This document shows, piece after piece, positions 61,108 through 64,000 of a DNA stretch of 64,000 nt. Each line of letters opens with the position of its first letter. Positions within the stretch are counted from its first letter, which is position 1. The DNA comes from Hyphomicrobiaceae bacterium. GTDB taxonomy: Bacteria; Pseudomonadota; Alphaproteobacteria; Rhizobiales; Hyphomicrobiaceae. Location: assembly GCA_041397705.1 (NCBI GenBank), contig JAWKWC010000007.1:10351-74350 (forward strand), read 5' to 3'. Position numbers and translations under genes: made by a program. The notes below the pieces were generated by a model that ran no database searches, was not told where the DNA came from, and saw nothing but the letters and a program-made list of their open reading frames with translations.

Positions 61108-61134
61108 ATGGCGGGCGCTTCAAGCGCCCGCCAT
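61108..61134. terminator. Bidirectional rho-independent terminator between convergent genes
   Basis: 12-bp GC-rich stem atggcgggcgct / agcgcccgccat with a 3-nt loop, flanked by aaaaaaag upstream and tttgcatttg downstream. Confidence 0.7.
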
Positions 61135-61223
61135 TTGCATTTGTCAGCGGCACATGACGCTGTCTCTGAAGGCTACCCGTCGCTCGCGTCCCGCAGCCGA
61201 AGGCCTGCCGTGGGAAGGCAAGC

Positions 61224-61994
61224 TCACTTCCGGAACTGGCCACCGCCATCCTGGTCGATCATGGTGCCGGACAGATAAGCCACCTGCGGCGCGCATGCAT
61301 CGCTGCCAGGGCTGCGACTTCATCGGGCTCCTTAAGACGCCCGAACGGAGATCGCCGAGCGTCTCCTCCCAACGGTTCTCGTCGCCGAACAGCGACTTGG
61401 CGCGCGCTTTCGATAGTGTCGAGATGCGATCGGTGCGGGTGGCAGCCGGATTGATGCCGAGACGCGGACCCCGAAGTCGACGGAGCGCGAGCCGACCGCT
61501 TTGGTGAACGCATTCAAACCTGCGTTGCCAGTGGAGCCGGCCACATAGTCCCAGCGCGGCGCGGGGCCTGCCATGCCGATGATGTTGACGATCGTCCCCG
61601 CCTTGCGCGGCTGCATCGATTTCAAAGCCAACTGGGTCATGTGAATGTAGCCGAAGACCTTGAGCTGCCAGGACTCGATCCAGCGCTCCATGGTCAAATC
61701 AAGGATACTGCCGCCAGGGATTGCACCGGCATTGTTCACGAGGATGTCGGCGTCCTGATATTTGGCCCAAGTGGCCTCGCGATCGGAAGCTTTCGACAGA
61801 TCGGCTGCGTGTGTTTCAACCGAGACCTGATGGCGCGAGCGGATGTCGTCGCCTGTGACCTTGAGTGCGTCGGCCGTTCGCGAGACCAAAACGATGTTTG
61901 CGCCTTCGGCCGCAAACACGTGGCCGCATGACGCGCCAATACCCTTCGATCCTCCCGTGATGAGAACCTTCTTGCCCTTGAGGCCCAGATCCAT
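61224..61994 (-). pseudogene. SDR family oxidoreductase with three single-base frame changes in its last ~250 nt
   Basis: N-terminal 2/3 intact (KVLITGGSKGIGAS, NNAGA, Y...K region). After DFGVRV the family-like sequence continues in another frame (LGINPAATRTDRISTLSKARAKSLFGDENRWEETLGDL). It then moves to a third frame (PFGRLKEPDEVAALAAMHA), then back to the original frame (PQVAYLSGTMIDQDGGGQFRK stop at 61226..61224). Shifts lie near 61460, 61348 and 61290. Confidence 0.85.
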
Positions 61995-62093
61995 TGCCGT
62001 ACTCTCCTGAGTTTATTTTCGGTCTTCCCGATCCATGATGGCACTCCGCCTTGCCGTTTGGCGAGCGAAACGCAAACAGCCGCTTTTCTCTGC

Positions 62094-63200
62094 TCAACCG
62101 AGGCGGTCGGCCACCATCTCGGCCAGCGCCATCGAGGCCGTTAATCCGGGGCTTTCGATGCCAAACAACAACATGAGCCCTGGAAGGCCGTGTGTCTCCG
62201 GCCCATGCAGAAAGAAATCGGGCACCGGCTCGCCTTCTCGGTAGAGCTTCGGCCGGATGCCGGTGTAGTCGGCGTGCAACCGGCTCGGATCGAGGCCCGG
62301 GTAATAGGTCTTGATGAAGCCGAGGAACTTCTCAAGCTTCGATTCATCGAATGAATAATCGATTTCGGGAATCCATTCGATATCCGGTCCGAATTTGCAC
62401 CGGCCACCAATGTCGACCGTGACGTGCAGGCCTAGCCAGGCCCCGTCCGGCATGGGGTATATGTGCCGGCCGAAGGGCGAACGGCCATCAAGCGCGTAGT
62501 ACTGGCCAACCGCATAGTAGGTCTCGGGGGGACGATAGTTGCCTGACCATGGCAGCGTACGGGCGAGCTTCGAGGCGTGGAGGCCGGCGGAGACAATGAG
62601 CCGTTTCGCCGTGATGCTGGCCGCTTCGTCGCCGGCCACTTTAACGATGTAATTGCCGTCAGCTGCCAGACCGATGCTTTCTACGGTGGTATTCAGAACC
62701 ACCTGCGCGCCCATGGTCTCGGCATGGCCCTGCAAGGCCAGCATCAGGCCGTGACTGTCCACGATTCCCGTTGAAGGTGACAGCATGGCCGCGACGCATG
62801 CGACCTCTGGCTCAAGTTCGCGCGCTTGCTCACCCGTCAATGGCTGTAGATCGGTCACGCCGTTCTTGATGGCCGTCTCCTGGATGGCCTTCAATTTCGG
62901 GACCTGGGACTCGCCTGTCGCCACCAACAATTTCGTTATGGCTTTGTGTTCGACGCCGTTTTCGGCGCAGAAGGCATAGAGCTTCTTCTTGCCCTCGACA
63001 CACAACTTGGCACGGAGCGAGCCCGGCGGATAATAGATTCCCGCATGGATCACCTCGCTGTTGCGCGAGGAGGTCTCCGAGCCGATGATGTCGTGCTGCT
63101 CGAGCACCATGACATCTTGGCCGCGCAGAGCCTGTTCGCGGGCAATCGCTAGGCCGACGACCCCGGCCCCAATGACGATGGTCTCGACGTCTGCCGACAT
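62094..63200 (-). CDS. NAD(P)/FAD-dependent oxidoreductase (L-2-hydroxyglutarate oxidase LhgO-like)
   Basis: ORF 62094..63227 trimmed to ATG 63200. VIGAGVVGLAIAREQALRGQDVMVLE, SSRNSEVIHAGIYYPPGSLRAKLC. Confidence 0.8.
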   Translation of the reverse strand: MSADVETIVIGAGVVGLAIAREQALRGQDVMVLEQHDIIGSETSSRNSEVIHAGIYYPPGSLRAKLCVEGKKKLYAFCAENGVEHKAITKLLVATGESQVPKLKAIQETAIKNGVTDLQPLTGEQARELEPEVACVAAMLSPSTGIVDSHGLMLALQGHAETMGAQVVLNTTVESIGLAADGNYIVKVAGDEAASITAKRLIVSAGLHASKLARTLPWSGNYRPPETYYAVGQYYALDGRSPFGRHIYPMPDGAWLGLHVTVDIGGRCKFGPDIEWIPEIDYSFDESKLEKFLGFIKTYYPGLDPSRLHADYTGIRPKLYREGEPVPDFFLHGPETHGLPGLMLLFGIESPGLTASMALAEMVADRLG

Positions 63201-63288
63201 GGATCGATGGCTCCTTGGGTGGCGCAAGACGGACGGGTCGGTCTGATCGCACGATTTCCCAGTTCTGACCAGAGCGGTAGAGGAGGCA

Positions 63289-63726
63289 ATGATGAATGCG
63301 ACGCAACCTTTCGCCCCGATCGGGCTCGACCATGTCGTGTTACGGGTCTGCGACGTGCCCCGTGTCCAGGCCTTCTATTGCAACGTGCTCGGCTGCAACG
63401 TCGAGAAGGTTCAAGAGGCGATTGGGTTGACGCAACTCAGAGCCGGCAGTGCCTTGATCGATCTCGTCGACGTGAATGGTGAACTGGGTCAACGCGGGGG
63501 CGCGGCGCCCGGCGTGCAGGGCAGAAATATGGATCATCTATGTCTGCGGATCGAGCCATTCGACGAGGCCGCCATACGGGCGCATCTGGTGCAGCATGGC
63601 GTGACGACGGGTGAGGTCGTTTCGCGCTACGGCGCCGAAGGTCAGGGACCTTCCATGTACATTGCGGATCCGGAAGGCAACTCGGTCGAGTTGAAGGGGC
63701 CTCCATCCACCGGGCGCGCGGCATGA
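63289..63726 (+). CDS. VOC family protein (glyoxalase I-like)
   Basis: 145-aa ORF. GLDHVVLRVCDVPRVQAFYCNVLGC, DHLCLRI, YIADPEGNSVEL. Confidence 0.8.
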   Translation: MMNATQPFAPIGLDHVVLRVCDVPRVQAFYCNVLGCNVEKVQEAIGLTQLRAGSALIDLVDVNGELGQRGGAAPGVQGRNMDHLCLRIEPFDEAAIRAHLVQHGVTTGEVVSRYGAEGQGPSMYIADPEGNSVELKGPPSTGRAA

Positions 63727-64000
63727 TGACATTCAAGGCGATCCATTCCCGCGCAGCCACGCGTAAGGGCGGCGCCAAGGCTCTCGCCCGGTTTCTTCCT
63801 GACGTGCCGCCTGCAACGGACATTGCCGCGCTCGGTGACGATCGCGTGCTCGCTCAAATGACGAAGCGCATTTTCTGCTCGGGCTTCGTGTGGCGCGTGA
63901 TCGAGCAGAAGTGGCCAGCTTTCGAAGAGGCCTTCCACGGGTTCGAGGTTGGCCGGTTGTGCTTTGAACCCGACGATTACTGGGAAGCGTTGACGCAAGA
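63723..64000 (+). CDS. tag: DNA-3-methyladenine glycosylase I-like protein, N-terminal fragment running off the right edge
   Basis: Not in the ORF track (no stop). ATG 63723 overlaps the previous stop (ATGA). Translation MMTFKAIHSRAATRKGGAKALARFLPDVPPATDIAALGDDRVLAQMTKRIFCSGFVWRVIEQKWPAFEEAFHGFEVGRLCFEPDDYWEALTQ resembles the Tag-like Adenine_glyco family. Confidence 0.65.
   Translation, partial: MMTFKAIHSRAATRKGGAKALARFLPDVPPATDIAALGDDRVLAQMTKRIFCSGFVWRVIEQKWPAFEEAFHGFEVGRLCFEPDDYWEALTQ

Overview
GC-rich (strong GC3 skew) chromosomal segment that looks alphaproteobacterial, in the Rhizobiales/Hyphomicrobiales style: cysE next to a DUF3126 gene, a BTLCP-PilZ pair, a DUF1457-like gene, and many BTAD/TPR-type and caspase-type genes. 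All calls come from reading the supplied six-frame translations and the DNA by eye. No HMM or BLAST search was run, so family names are motif-level recognitions. About 50 protein genes are supported. They include an MFP-RND efflux pair, a possible lactam/amide catabolic block (class III aminotransferase, amidase, LLM monooxygenase, hydantoinase A/B), and a five-gene peptide ABC importer. There is also an acyl-CoA block (thiolase-like, crotonase, bifunctional hydroxyacyl-CoA dehydrogenase), an ABC-2/GldG/DUF4340 operon, and housekeeping genes (rnhB, cysE, holC, argB, hpf-like, tag-like). I found no rRNA, tRNA, CRISPR array, transposase or integrase. The most interesting region is 5.1-10.9 kb. 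A 131-aa ORF there has an N-terminal ~89 residues that look like a nitrile-hydratase-like leader peptide (NHLP) ending in AGAGG. It sits 30 nt downstream of an animal-haem-peroxidase-family gene, and is convergent with a wHTH-BTAD-TPR regulator and a stand-alone YcaO. This is a candidate RiPP-type locus with an enzyme pairing I do not recognise from described classes. Second theme: at least 8 genes are broken by frameshifts or an in-frame stop, mostly at short G/C runs. Some breaks are clustered (about 4 in the peroxidase gene, 3 in an SDR gene). This is either uncorrected assembly indels or real gene decay, and it must be resolved before any functional claim about the peroxidase.
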